Source of the DNA: Eledone cirrhosa
Lineage: Eukaryota
Assembly: GCA_964016885.1 (NCBI GenBank)
Contig: OZ024744.1
Coordinates: forward strand, 22,568,001-22,632,000
DNA length: 64,000 bases
Reading direction: 5' to 3'
The notes under the pieces were generated by a model. The model saw only the letters and a list, made by a program, of their open reading frames with translations, ran no database searches and was not told the DNA's origin. The position numbers were made by a program, and so were the translations under genes. Below, in pieces: positions 1 to 12,289 of the stretch (the stretch's first letter is position 1; each line of letters begins with the position of its first letter).

Positions 1-3000
1 GGTGGTCAGTTAGGTTGACATAGATAACATAGGTTGGATGCTGTCGTGGTCAGTTAGGTTGACATAGGTAACATAGGTGGGATGTTGTCGTGGTGGTCAG
101 TTAGGTTGACATAGATAACATAGGTGGGATGTTGTCGTGGTGGTCAGTTAGGTTGATATAGATAACATAGGTGGCGTATTGTCGTGGTGGTCAGTTAGGT
201 TGACATAGATAACATAGAGTGAGATGTTGTCGTGGCGGTTAGTTAGGTTGACATAGATAAAATAGGTGGGATGTTGTCGTGGTGCTCAGTTAGGTTGACA
301 TTGATAACATAGGTGGGATGTTGTCGTGGTCAGTTAGCTTGACATAGATAACATAGAGTGAGATGTTGTCGTGGTGGTCAGTTAGGTTGACATAGATAAC
401 ACAGAGTGAGATGTTGTCGTGGTGTTCAGTTAGGTTGACATAGATAACATAGAGTGAGATGTTGTCGTGGTGGTCAGTTAGGTTGACATAGATAACATAG
501 GTGGGATGTTGTCGTCGTGGTCAGTTAGGTTGACATATATAACATAGAGTGAGATGTTGTCGTGGTGGTCAGTTAGGTTGACATAGATATCATAGGTGGG
601 ATGTTGTCGTGGTGGTCAGTTAGTTTGACATAGATAACATAGAGTGAGATGTTGTCGTGGTGGTCAGTTAGGTTGACATAGATATCATAGGTGGGATGTT
701 GTCGTCGTGGTCAGTTAGGTTGACATATATAACATAGAGTGAGATGTTGTCGTGGTGGTCAGTTAGGTTGACATAGATATCATAGGTGGGATGTTGTCGT
801 GGTGGTCAGTTAGTTTGACATAGATAACATAGAGTGAGATGTTGTCGTGGTGGTCAGTTAGGTTGACATAGATAACATAGGTGGGATGTTGTCGTGGTCA
901 GTTAGGTTGACATAGATAACATAGGTGGGATGTTGTCGTGGTGGTCAGTTAGGTTGACATAGATAACATAGGTGGGATGTTGTCGTGGTGGTCAGTTAGG
1001 TTGACATAGATAACATAGGTGGGATGTTGTCGTGGTGGTCAGTTAGGTTGACATAGATAACATAGAGTGGGATGTTGTCGTGGTGGTCAGTTAGGTTGAC
1101 ATGAGTTAACAAAGGTGGGATGTTGTCGTGGTCAGTTAGGTTGACTTAGATAACATAGAGTGAGATGTTGTCGTGGTGGTCAGTCAGGTTGATATAGATA
1201 ACATAGAGTGAGATGTTGTCGTGGTTTTCAGTTAGGTTTACATAGATAACATAGAGCGGGATGTTGTCGTGGTGGTCAGTTAGGTTGACATAGATAAAAA
1301 AATTGAGATGTTGTCGTGGTGGTCAGTTAGGTTGACATAGATAACATAGGTGGGATGTTGTCGTGGTCAGTTAGGTTGACATAGATAACATAGAGTGAGA
1401 TGTTGTCGTGGTTGTCAGTTAGGTTGACATAGATAACATAGAGTGGGATGTTGTCGTGGTGGTCAGTCAGGTTGATATAGATAACATAGAGTGAGATGTT
1501 GTCGTGGTGGTCAGTTATGTTGACATAGATAACATAGAGTGAGATGTTATCGTGGTGTTCAGTTAGGTTGACATAGATAACATAGAGTGAGATGTTGTCG
1601 TGGTTGTCAGTTAGGTTGACATAGATAACATAGAGTGGGATGTTGTCGTGGTGGTCAGTTAGGTTGACATAGATAACATAGGTGGGATGTTGTCGCCGAG
1701 GTCATTTAGGTTGACATATATAACATAGAGTGAAACGTTTTTCGTGGTGGTCAGTTAGGTTGACATAGATAACATAGAGTGAGATGTTGTCGTGGTGGTC
1801 AGTTATGTTGACATAGATAACATAGGTGGGATGTTGTCGTGGTGGTCAGTTAGGTTGACATAGATAACATAGGTGGGATGTTGTCGTGGTCAGTTAGGTT
1901 GACATAGATAACATAGGTGGGATGTTGTCGTGGTGGTCAGTTAGGTTGACATAGATAACATAGGTGGGATGTTGTCGTGGTGGTCAGTTAGGTTGACGTA
2001 GATAACATAGAGTGAGATGTTGTCGTGGTGTTCAGTTAGGTTGACATAGATAACATAGGTGGGATGTTGTCGTGGTGGTCAGTTAGGTTGACATAGATAA
2101 CATAGGTGGGATGTTGTCGTGGTCAGTTAGCTTGACATAGATAACATGGAGTGAGATGTTGTCGTGGTGGTCAGTTAGGTTGACATAGATAACATAGAAT
2201 GAGATGTTGTCGTGGTGTTCAGTTAGGTTGACATAGATAATATAGTGTGAGATGTTGTCGTGGTGGTCAGTTAGTTTGACATAGATAACATAGAGTGGGA
2301 TGTTGTCGTGGTGGTCAGTTAGGTTGACATAGATAACATAGAGCGGGATGTTGTCGTGGTGGTCAGTTAGGTTGACATAGATAACATAGGTGGAAGTTGT
2401 CGTCGTGGTCAGTTAGGTTGACATAGATAACATAGGTGGGATGTTGTCGTGGTCAGTTAGGTTGACATAGATAACATATGTGGGATGTTGTCGTGGTGGT
2501 CAGTTAGGTTGACATAGATAACATAGGTGGGATGTTGTCGTGGTGGTCAGTTAGGTTGACATAGATAACATAGGTGGGATGTTGTCGTGGTGGTCAGTTA
2601 GGTTGACATAGATAACATAGAGTGGGATGTTGTCGTGGTGGTCAGTTAGGTTGACATAGATAACATAGGTGGGATGTTGTCGTGGTCAGTTAGGTTGACT
2701 TAGATAACATAGAGTGAGATGTTGTCGTGGTGGTCAGTTAGGTTGACATAGATAACATAGAGTGAGATGTTGTCGTGGTGTTCAGTTAGGTTGACATAGA
2801 TAACATAGAGTGAGGTGTTGTCGTGGTGGTCAGTTAGGTTGACATAGATAACATAGAGCGGGATGTTGTCGTGGTGGTCAGTTAGGTTAACATAGATAAC
2901 ATAGGTGGGATGTTGTCGTGGTGGTCAGTTAGGTTGACATAGATAACATAGGTGGGATGCTGTCGTGGTCAGTTAGGTTGACATAGATAACATAGGTGGG

Positions 3001-6000
3001 ATGTTGTCGTGGTGGTCAGTTAGGTTGACATAGATAACATAGGTGGGATGTTGTCGTGGTGGTCAGTTAGGTTCACATAGATAACATAGGTGGGGTGTTG
3101 TCGTGGTGGTCAGTTAGGTTGACATAGATAACATAGAGTGAGATGTTGTCGTGGCGGTTAGTTAGGTTGACATAGATAAAATAGGTGGGATGTTGTCGTG
3201 GTGGTCAGTTAGGTTGACAGTGATAACATAGGTGGGATGTTGTCGTGGTCAGTTAGCTTGACATAGATAACATAGAGTGAGATGTTGTCGTGGTGGTCAG
3301 TTAGGTTGACATAGATAACACAGTGTGAGATGTTGTCGTGGTGTTCAGTTAGGTTGACATAGATAACATAGAGTGAGATGTTGTCGTGGTGGTCAGTTAG
3401 GTTGACATAGATAACATAGAGTGGGATGTTCTCGTGGTGGTCAGTTAGGTTGACATAGATAACATAGGTGGGATGTTGTCGTGGTGGTCAGTTAGGTTGA
3501 CATGAGTTAACATAGGTGGGATGTTGTCGTGGTCAGTTAGGTTGACTTAGATAACATAGAGTGAGATGTTGTCGTGGTGGTCAGTTAGGTTGATATAGAT
3601 AACATAGAGTGAGATGTTGTCGTGGTTTTCAATTAGGTTTACATAGATAACATAGAGTGAGATGTTGTCGTAGTGGTCAGTTAGGTTGACATAGATAACA
3701 TAGAGCGGGATGTTGTCGTGGTGGTCAGTTAGGTTGACATAGATAACATAGGTGGGATGTTGTCGTCGTGGTCAGTTAGGTTGACATAGATAAAAAAGTG
3801 AGATGTTGTCGTGGTGGTCAGTAGGTTGACATAGATAACATAGGTGGGATGTTGTCGTGGTGGTCAGTTAGGTTGACATAGATAACATAGGTGGGATGTT
3901 GTCGTGGTCAGTTAGGTTGACATAGATAACATAGGTGGGATGTTGTCGTGGTGGTCAGTTAGGTTGACATAGATAACATAGGTGGGATGTTGTCGTGGTC
4001 AGTTAGCTTGACATAGATAACATGGAGTGAGATGTTGTCGTGGTGGTCAGTTAGGTTGACATAGATAACATAGAGTGAGATGTTGTCGTGGTGTTCAGTT
4101 AGGTTGACATAGATAATATAGTGTGAGATGTTGTCGTGGTGGTCAGTTAGTTTGACATAGATAACATAGAGTGGGATGTTGTCGTGGTGGTCAGTTAGGT
4201 TGACATAGATAACATAGAGCGGGATGTTGTCGTGGTGGTCAGTTAGGTTGACATAGATAACATAGGTGGAAGTTGTCGTCGTGGTCAGTTAGGTTGACAT
4301 AGATAACATAGGTGGGATGTTGTCGTGGTCAGTTAGGTTGACATAGATAACATATGTGGGATGTTGTCGTGGTGGTCAGTTAGGTTGACATAGATAACAT
4401 AGGTGGGATGTTGTCGTGGTGGTCAGTTAGGTTGACATAGATAACATAGGTGGGATGTTGTCGTGGTGGTCAGTTAGGTTGACATAGATAACATAGAGTG
4501 GGATGTTGTCGTGGTGGTCAGTTAGGTTGACATAGATAACATAGGTGGGATGTTGTCGTGGTCAATTAGGTTGACTTAGATAACATAGAGTGAGATGTTG
4601 TCGTGGTGGTCAGTTAGGTTGACATAGATAACATAGAGTGAGATGTTGTCGTGGTGTTCAGTTAGGTTGACATAGATAACATAGAGTGAGGTGTTGTCGT
4701 GGTGGTCAGTTAGGTTGACATAGATAACATAGAGCGGGATGTTGTCGTGGTGGTCAGTTAGGTTAACATAGATAACATAGGTGGGATGTTGTCGTGGTGG
4801 TCAGTTAGGTTGACATAGATAACATAGGTGGGATGCTGTCGTGGTCAGTTAGGTTGACATAGATAACATAGGTGGGATGTTGTCGTGGTGGTCAGTTAGG
4901 TTGACATAGATAACATAGGTGGGATGTTGTCGTGGTGGTCAGTTAGGTTCACATAGATAACATAGGTGGGGTGTTGTCGTGGTGGTCAGTTAGGTTGACA
5001 TAGATAACATAGAGTGAGATGTTGTCGTGGCGGTTAGTTAGGTTGACATAGATAAAATAGGTGGGATGTTGTCGTGGTGGTCAGTTAGGTTGACAGTGAT
5101 AACATAGGTGGGATGTTGTCGTGGTCAGTTAGCTTGACATAGATAACATAGAGTGAGATGTTGTCGTGGTGGTCAGTTAGGTTGACATAGATAACACAGT
5201 GTGAGATGTTGTCGTGGTGTTCAGTTAGGTTGACATAGATAACATAGAGTGAGATGTTGTCGTGGTGGTCAGTTAGGTTGACATAGATAACATAGAGTGG
5301 GATGTTCTCGTGGAGGTCAGTTAGGTTGACATAGATAACATAGGTGGGATGTTGTCGTGGTGGTCAGTTAGGTTGACATGAGTTAACATAGGTGGGATGT
5401 TGTCGTGGTCAGTTAGGTTGACTTAGATAACATAGAGTGAGATGTTGTCGTGGTGGTCAGTTAGGTTGATATAGATAACATAGAGTGAGATGTTGTCGTG
5501 GTTTTCAATTAGGTTTACATAGATAACATAGAGTGAGATGTTGTCGTAGTGGTCAGTTAGGTTGACATAGATAACATAGAGCGGGATGTTGTCGTGGTGG
5601 TCAGTTAGGTTGACATAGATAACATAGGTGGGATGTTGTCGTCGTGGTCAGTTAGGTTGACATAGATAAAAAAGTGAGATGTTGTCGTGGTGGTCAGTAG
5701 GTTGACATAGATAACATAGGTGGGATGTTGTCGTGGTGGTCAGTTAGGTTGACATAGATAACATAGGTGGGATGTTGTCGTGGTCAGTTAGGTTGACATA
5801 GATAACATAGGTGGGATGTTGTCGTGGTGGTCAGTTAGGTTGACATAGATAACATAGGTGGGATGTTGTCGTGGTGGTCAGTTAGTTTGACATAGATAAC
5901 ATAGGTGAGGTGTTGTCGTGGTGGTCAGTTATGTTGACATAGATAACATAGAGTCAGATGTTGTCGTGGTGTTCAGTTAGGTTGACATAGATAACACAGA

Positions 6001-6888
6001 GTGAGATGTTGTCGTGGTGGTCAGTTAGGTTGACATAGATAACATAGAGTGGGATGTTGTCGTGGTGGTCAGTTAGGTTGGCATAGATAACATAGGTGGG
6101 ATGTTGTCGTGCTGGTCAGTTAGGTTGACATAGATAACATAGGTGGGATGTTGTCGTGGTCAGTTAGCTTGACATAGATAACATGGAGTGAGATGTTGTC
6201 GTGGTGGTCAGTTAGGTTGACATAGATAACATAGAGTGATATGTTGTCGTGGTGTTCAGTTAGGTTGACATAGATAACATAGAGTGAGATGTTGTCGTGG
6301 TGGTCAGTTAGGTTGACATAGATAACATAGAGTGGGATGATGTCGTGGTGGTCAGTTAGGTTGACATAGATAACATAGGTGGGATGTTGTCGTGGTCAGT
6401 TAGGTTGACATAGATAACATAGGTGGGATGTTGTCGTGGTGGTCAGTTAGGTTGACATAGATAACATAGAGTGAGATGTTGTCGTGGTGTTCAGTTAGGT
6501 TGACATAGATAACATAGAGTGAGGTGTTGTCGTGGTGGTCAGTTAGGTTGACATAGATAACATAGGTGGGATGTTGTCGTCGTGGTCAGTTAGGTTGACA
6601 TAGATAACATAGAGTGAGATGTTGTCGTGGTGGTCAGTTAGGTTGACATAGATAACATAGGTGGGATGTTGTCATGGTGGTCAGTTAGGTTGACATAGAT
6701 AACATTGGTGAGATGTTGTCGTGGTGGTCAGTTAGGTTGACATAGATAACATAGGTGGCATGTTGTCGTGGTGGTCAGTTAGGTTGACATAGATAATATA
6801 GGTGGTATGTTGTCGTGGTCAGTTAGGTTGACATAGATAACATAGGTCGGATGTTGTCGTGGTGGTCAGTTAGGTTGACATAGATAAA
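1..6888. repeat. Tandem satellite, 44-48 bp monomer (consensus ggtggtcagttaggttgacatagataacataggtgggatgttgtcgt, 47 bp), runs off the left edge
   Basis: Monomer read directly. Two main variants (aggtggg / agagtgag) plus a 3-bp (ggt) deletion variant. Confidence 0.98.
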
Positions 6889-6909
6889 CCTCAGAACCGA
6901 CTTTTTCGG

Positions 6910-7100
6910 CACATGTAGACACCTCAGGGCCGGGACCTTCCTCAAAATATATGGACAGTAGCAACACAATAAGATGTGAACTCGCCTCAAGCTATAGGGA
7001 CTTCTCCAGCACATGTAGACACCTCTCGGCCAGACCTCCCTCAAGCTATATGGGCAGTAACAACACCATAGGTTGGGAACTCCCCTCAAGCCATAGGGAC
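6910..7100. repeat. Two-copy 100-bp tandem duplication
   Basis: acatgtagacacctc at 6911 and 7011, with similar downstream sequence (ctcaagctatagggac / ctcaagccatagggac). Confidence 0.75.
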
Positions 7101-7129
7101 AAACCCAGGCTGAGCAGACACCATGATAG

Positions 7130-8110
7130 CCTAGAGATTGATTTTGACGCATCCTTTATAATTTGGCCAACATCTTTATAACACACACACATTAAAATTT
7201 ACTTGATTTTTGATTTCTCATTATTCATTTGTTATTTGTTTTCTGTTTTCTTCATTTTATCACCTTATATTTATATTTAAGTTGAGATTGGTTATAACAC
7301 ACACACATTTTATTTGATTATCCTATTTCGTTTTATTCTTTTACCATCTTGTTCCTCCTACTACTCTATCCAACATATTTCTGACCTTGAGATTGGTTAT
7401 AGCACACACACACATTTTATCTTATTTGAATCTTCATTTTTATTTTTCACTTTTCATCTACATTTTTCATTTTCCATATTCATTTTTCATTCATTTTTCA
7501 TTACCTTTTCATTCATTTTTCATTTATTTTCTGTTTTCTTCATTTTATTGCCTATTATTCTACATATACATGGCAGAGCCCCCTCCATCTCAACCACCAC
7601 CACGGGAGATGGTGGCAGGAGGGATGAAGAAACACACACACAGATACTTCTAAATTGTCAGCAGCACCAAGACATAAGCTGACCACAACACCAACACCAC
7701 TACCAAAATAAGGGTAGAGGTCTGATGTACTTAACAATAACAAACACTACAGGGAGCCTCACCCCACAAAGGATTTCTATAGACTTTGGACTGAGGAATG
7801 CTCTCAAAACTGACCAGTGGGAGGAGTGACCTTACAAATCTTTATAACATTGAGATGGGTAGAACACACACACACACATTTTATTCGATTATTTTATTTT
7901 ATTTTATTCCTTTACCATCTTATTCCTTCTACCACTTTATCACCTTTTTGTTAGCTGTCTCCAACAACAACACCACTACCAACATAAGAATAGAGGTCAG
8001 ATGTACCTAACAATAACAAGAACAACAACTACAGATTGGCTTGCCTCAGAACGAATTTCTATAGACTTTTGACTGAGGAATGTTCTAACAACTGACCAAT
8101 GAGAGGAGAA
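7130..8110. repeat. Degenerate tandem duplications (about 105 and 282 bp periods)
   Basis: gagattggttata..cacacacacattttat recurs at about 7284, 7389 and 7852; tttctatagacttt.gactgaggaatg has ctgagga at 7791 and 8073. Confidence 0.6.
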
Positions 8111-8264
8111 GAGACCCGTTGACGCTGAAATTCGTTTGTTTAAATTCATATGATTCCAGTTCCTCAGTGAAATAACAACCCGACCAGGAACTGGGCATAT
8201 CAGAGTATTGACAAAGTTATACACCTCAACAACATGTGTACTCGTCTCTACCACACTAATTCGG

Positions 8265-8321
8265 ACTGTCTGAAGATGTCACAGCCAAAGATGGCTGTCA
8301 CCGATATATATATATAACAGT
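8265..8321 (+). ncRNA. Degenerate type I minimal hammerhead ribozyme remnant
   Basis: Stem I actgt/acagt, core CTGAAGA (8270-8276), stem II gtcacagcc/ggctgtcac. GAAA is replaced by GATA running into (TA)n. AATAAA follows at 8322. Confidence 0.55.
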
Positions 8322-8684
8322 AATAAACGAAACCAAATTTTAAACATTTGACTTATTTATTTTATTTTATTTTATATATATATATATATTTATAACGAAT
8401 GGTTTTGTCGCTATACATGGTAGAATAAAAAAATGAAGATATGTAAATCTGAGTTTGGGGAATATTCATAATAATATTTGATACGTTTGTAATTATGCAA
8501 ACAGCCTCTTAAGACATGTGAGTTGAATGACCTCCTCATTCTTGCTCTTGTGTTGGCAACACACGGTCCCGATTGGCTGGTAGTTTCGAATTATAAGATA
8601 TATGTATATGTAGAGAGAGAAAGTGGCATAAATCTTTTGAGAAACACATAGTATTCTGTATAAAGCAAATAATATTTAAGAAAA

Positions 8685-8850
8685 CATACGGAGATAATAT
8701 AGCGCTCACAGCGGAGAGAATAGAGTTAGAGATTTTCTTGTCGACCCCTATAGTCAAGGCTTGTCATGCCGTCTATCATTTTTGTGATTGACCTTTGAGG
8801 TACTTCAATTTTCATGATACTTTGTTTCGTGTGCAGAGACCACAATGGAA
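8685..8850 (-). mobile_element. CR1/L2-like LINE ORF2 C-terminal fragment
   Basis: Minus strand reads PLWSLHTKQSIMKIEVPQRSITKMIDGMTSLDY...LYSL..ERYII; homologous to 60207-60419 joined to 63532-63820. Confidence 0.75.
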
Positions 8851-8872
8851 TATATATATATATGTGTATGTA

Positions 8873-10476
8873 TGTGAAACACACAGACTAAGCAACTTTA
8901 TAGACATACTACTAAAATCAATTCCCAAACACATACCAAGCCTTGTAAGAGACGATCTGGACCTCTTAAACTACCTCCCCGAACATGTCAACAATGACAC
9001 TATTATTGTGTCTTTCGATGTAGTGAATCTCTACACAACGATCCCACACCAATACGGACTAGAAGCAATATGATTCTGGCTAGAGAAATATTCAAATGAG
9101 ATACCTGACAGAATAGAAAAAAGATTCATCACCGAGGAATTAAAATGTATCTTAAAGAACAACTTTTTTTATTTCGATGGCAGTACTTACAAGCAAATGT
9201 CGGGGACTGCAACTTATGTCAACTAATCATGGATTACTTGGAAGTCCAGATATATGAACAGTCCAAATCAAAATACGGATTGAACTTCCACAAATATTTA
9301 TCAGAGAATTGGAAACGTTACTTCGATGATTGTCTCATACTTTGGTCCCAGACACTCGACCAAATAAATGATTTCAAAAATTTAATTAACGGCATCAATA
9401 ACCACATCCAATTCACAATGGAATACAGCCAAGATCGACTCCTATTTCTGGACATCTTAATCTTAAAAAAAGACTCAAATATTGAAACTGACATACACTA
9501 CAAACCAACAGATTCCAAACAATACCTGCTATTCACCTCCAACCATCTAAAGCACACGAAGACGAACATTCCTTGAAAGACAGTGCCCACCATTACTAAT
9601 AAATAATTGTTTCTACGTTAGGCACAAGGCCAGCAATTACCCAGTGCATTACTGGTACTTTATTTTATCGACCCCGTAAGGATGAAAGGCAAAGTTAACC
9701 TTGGCGGGATTTGAACTCGGAATGGCAAGGGCCATAACTCTATACGTCAAAGCATGGCGGCCGACCCTCTACCGATACTGCCAATTAATAAATAATGCAA
9801 TAGAAAGAGCTAAAGCAATAGGCATTGATGAATTACGAAAACAGAAATAAATTCAAGGTACGTCCAATATTCTATCATATATCTCAAAACACAACCCAAG
9901 AAATGCGGAAGCTTACAACACTATTCACAAGAACATCCCACTATTGAAACAAGACCCAAGAATGAAAAATTCCCTTGAAACACACAAAATAATCAAAAGC
10001 AAAAGACAACCGAAATCACTAAAAACATTACTCACCAATACCAAATTCCCTAACACAAACCCACAACCAACTGTCAAAAAATGTGGTCGCTCTAATTGTG
10101 GAACCTGCACTCACCTCATTGAAGGCAACACGTATACATTTCAATCAGGACAAATTTTTGCTGTAAAAATCACTTCACTTGCTCATCAAAAAATCTGCTT
10201 TATGCCATTAAATGTAAAGGATGCAATGAAGATTATATAGGACAAACTAAACTCACACTCAGAAACAGAATGACAATTCATCGCCAACAATTACGAGATC
10301 CTACCACGAGACAGATACCACTAAGTGCACATCTAGACATATGCGCAAGTAATAAGACACCCAAATTCCAAGTCTTCCCATTTTATCTTTGCGCTGACAA
10401 TACAACAGAACAAATACGAATAAATAAGGAAAATATGTTTATTCAAAATTATAGACCAGCATTAAATATAGTTTAA
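8873..10476 (+). pseudogene. Penelope-like element (PLE), 5'-truncated: reverse transcriptase plus GIY-YIG endonuclease, with stops and frameshifts
   Basis: RT motifs SFDVVNLYTTIP, WKRYFDDC, IQFTME, FLDI, YKPTD; Cys linker CGRSNCGTC; GIY-YIG region NLLYAIKCKGCNEDYIGQT...RMTIH reconstructed across a frameshift near 10170. Confidence 0.92.
9608..9785 (-). mobile_element. tRNA-derived SINE inserted into the PLE, with an 11-bp target-site duplication
   Basis: Minus-strand A-box-like tggcagtatcgg and B-box-like gagttcaaatccc; TSD taataaataat at 9597-9607 and 9786-9796. Removing the insert restores the PLE frame (PPLLINNAIERAKAI). Confidence 0.9.
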
Positions 10477-10489
10477 TATAAATTATGTC

Positions 10490-10842
10490 AACATCATAAC
10501 ATGCTAACCATCCAAACAGACACATACATACACACACATAACACCTTCTATATTCGAAAATAAAAACCAGAGCTAAATAAACATTAACATACGTCAATAC
10601 TCTAACACCTTAACATGCTAACCATACCCGCCACACACACATAACTCCCTCCCCCATTTCTACTAACGGAATCATTTTCCTACACACACACACACACAAA
10701 TATATATTCTCTCCATCGTAAAATGCTAACCATACTCCCAGACACACACATACACACACACATATAAAACCCATACACACATACATAACACCCATACACA
10801 CACACAACTCCCTCCCCCATTTCTACTAATAGAATCATCTTC

Positions 10843-10874
<32 letters not shown>

Positions 10875-10900
10875 CAGCACACAAATAAACATGCATATCC
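10490..10900 (+). repeat. Internally repetitive CA-rich 3' UTR of the PLE
   Basis: atgctaaccat three times; aactccctcccccatttctactaa twice; CA microsatellites. Confidence 0.55.
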
Positions 10901-11061
10901 CTACTTTCTTTATTTCAATAGAAAGTCTGAATTTTGTCACCTCAGCACATCAGCCATACTCACTGAACCAGAAAAATTCTCGCCATCACTTTTTTCTTGA
11001 CCATTATTTTTTGTTTGGCACAAAATTCTCTAAATGGCTACAAAATAAATTCCAAAGTACG

Positions 11062-11368
11062 GGCGCGAATTTAATATTCCTGTTCACGTGACAGTCATAA
11101 TTTCATTTATAACCAATCAAATTACATTTATTAAAAAAAAGCCTTCGTGAGCTACTTTTTTAAGTAAAAAGAAATTCAAACACAAACTGGCGCGAAAGCT
11201 GATGTAATTATTCACGTGACTGCATCAAGTCACCAAATTTCACTTATATAAGCAAAAACAATCTGAGCCCCCCCCCCCCCCCCCCCCTCCCCCCCTTTTT
11301 TTTTAAAGGTAAATACAAGAACTTTGTAACGCGAACTGGTGCGAAATTTCTTATACTTATTCACGTGA
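11062..11368 (+). promoter_or_regulatory. Three repeats of an E2F-like site plus an E-box (TCACGTGA) at fixed spacing, with CCAAT boxes nearby; putative PLE pseudo-LTR promoter
   Basis: ggcgcgaa 11062 / tcacgtgac 11084; ggcgcgaaa 11189 / tcacgtgac 11212; ggtgcgaaa 11338 / tcacgtga 11361; ccaatca at about 11113 and 11457. Function is inferred only. Confidence 0.4.
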
Positions 11369-11496
11369 GAGTCATCAACCAACCAAATTACTTTTCTGAA
11401 ATCCTAGCATTTCGAGCCACTTTTTTTCCATATAAAACAGAAGTAACATCCGAACACCAATCAGATGCGAGAAAAACCACAGACCCTTCATCTCAA

Positions 11497-11540
11497 TTCT
11501 ACTTTTGAAAAGCACAAGAACTGCGAAACCGGTAAAAGAA
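11497..11540 (+). ncRNA. Variant or degenerate type I minimal hammerhead (U3-A8 core) at the PLE 3' end
   Basis: Core TTGAAAA (11505-11511), stem II gca/tgc, GAAA, palindromic ACCGGT stem III, GTA site at 11532-11534, weak bulged stem I, AATAAA at about 11544. Confidence 0.5.
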
Positions 11541-11608
11541 CCAAATAAATATATATTTTTTTTAAAAGACTCCAGTTGCATTTTCAATTTCATCTTTTTT
11601 CCTTTAAC

Positions 11609-12090
11609 TAAACTGGCAACCTCACCAAGCTTTCTTGGTAAGGAGGTTGAATTTGGACACCCTGCGGGATGAAAAAAAGCGGACGAACACAGGAGAGTCA
11701 ACGGCTATAAAATAAAGTAATTTAAAGTTTTATTTTCCTGTCGGTTGAGAGACTCCTAGTCTTTATTAAGACATCTCTCTAGGAGAAGGTCACTCTCATA
11801 TAAAACCTGCCACTTCGTTTACATCCAATAATGTAGACCAGTTCTTATTTTTGGGTAAATGTATTCGATGTTCAGAGTGTGGGATTGGCCCTATGCAAAG
11901 CCTTTCCTCACTTAAAAAAGCTTCAAACAAAGGCATTGGTTGATATGTGACACCTTTTTTGCGATAAATGGTATTGCTAGCCATAGGCAAGTCCCTGGCA
12001 AGACTAAAAACCACGTCCATGATACTCATGCATAAGTTTCAAAAGATTTCATTACTCTAAATCGAGTTGGAAATATGATATATGTATGTA
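11609..12090 (+). mobile_element. RTE-derived non-autonomous element, diverged copy
   Basis: Shares aactggcaacc.caccaagctttcttggt.aggagg, taggagaagg..actct and gtgggattggc..tttcctcact blocks with the copies at 12290, 18432 and 51984; ends at an ATGT-type tract. Confidence 0.6.
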
Positions 12091-12103
12091 TGTGTGTACG
12101 TAT

Positions 12104-12255
12104 GAGAGTGGGACTGGCTCAGTGCACATTCTTTCCTCACTTTAAAAAATATCTTCACGCACAGGCATTACACGATAGAATTAATTAATAATTATTAATA
12201 ATGGTATATCATGCAATCACCATACTCGATAACGAGGAGGCAACCATCATGTATG

Positions 12256-12289
<34 letters not shown>
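12104..12289 (+). mobile_element. RTE-derived non-autonomous element, 3' part with (ATGT)n tail
   Basis: Near-identical to about 18817-18965; terminal stem-loop ctcg-ataa-cgag followed by (ATGT)n. Confidence 0.7.

Noticed and set aside
1-6888. CRISPR array or telomeric repeat (TTAGG inside the unit)
   Set aside because: No unique spacers, no cas genes and a eukaryotic context; TTAGG occurs once per 47-mer and not in tandem.
7791-8095. CTGAGGA hammerhead-like cores at 7791 and 8073
   Set aside because: No stem II, no GAAA and no stem I partner.
9700-9785. tRNA gene
   Set aside because: A and B boxes belong to a SINE head with a body and TSD; no cloverleaf or anticodon could be assigned.
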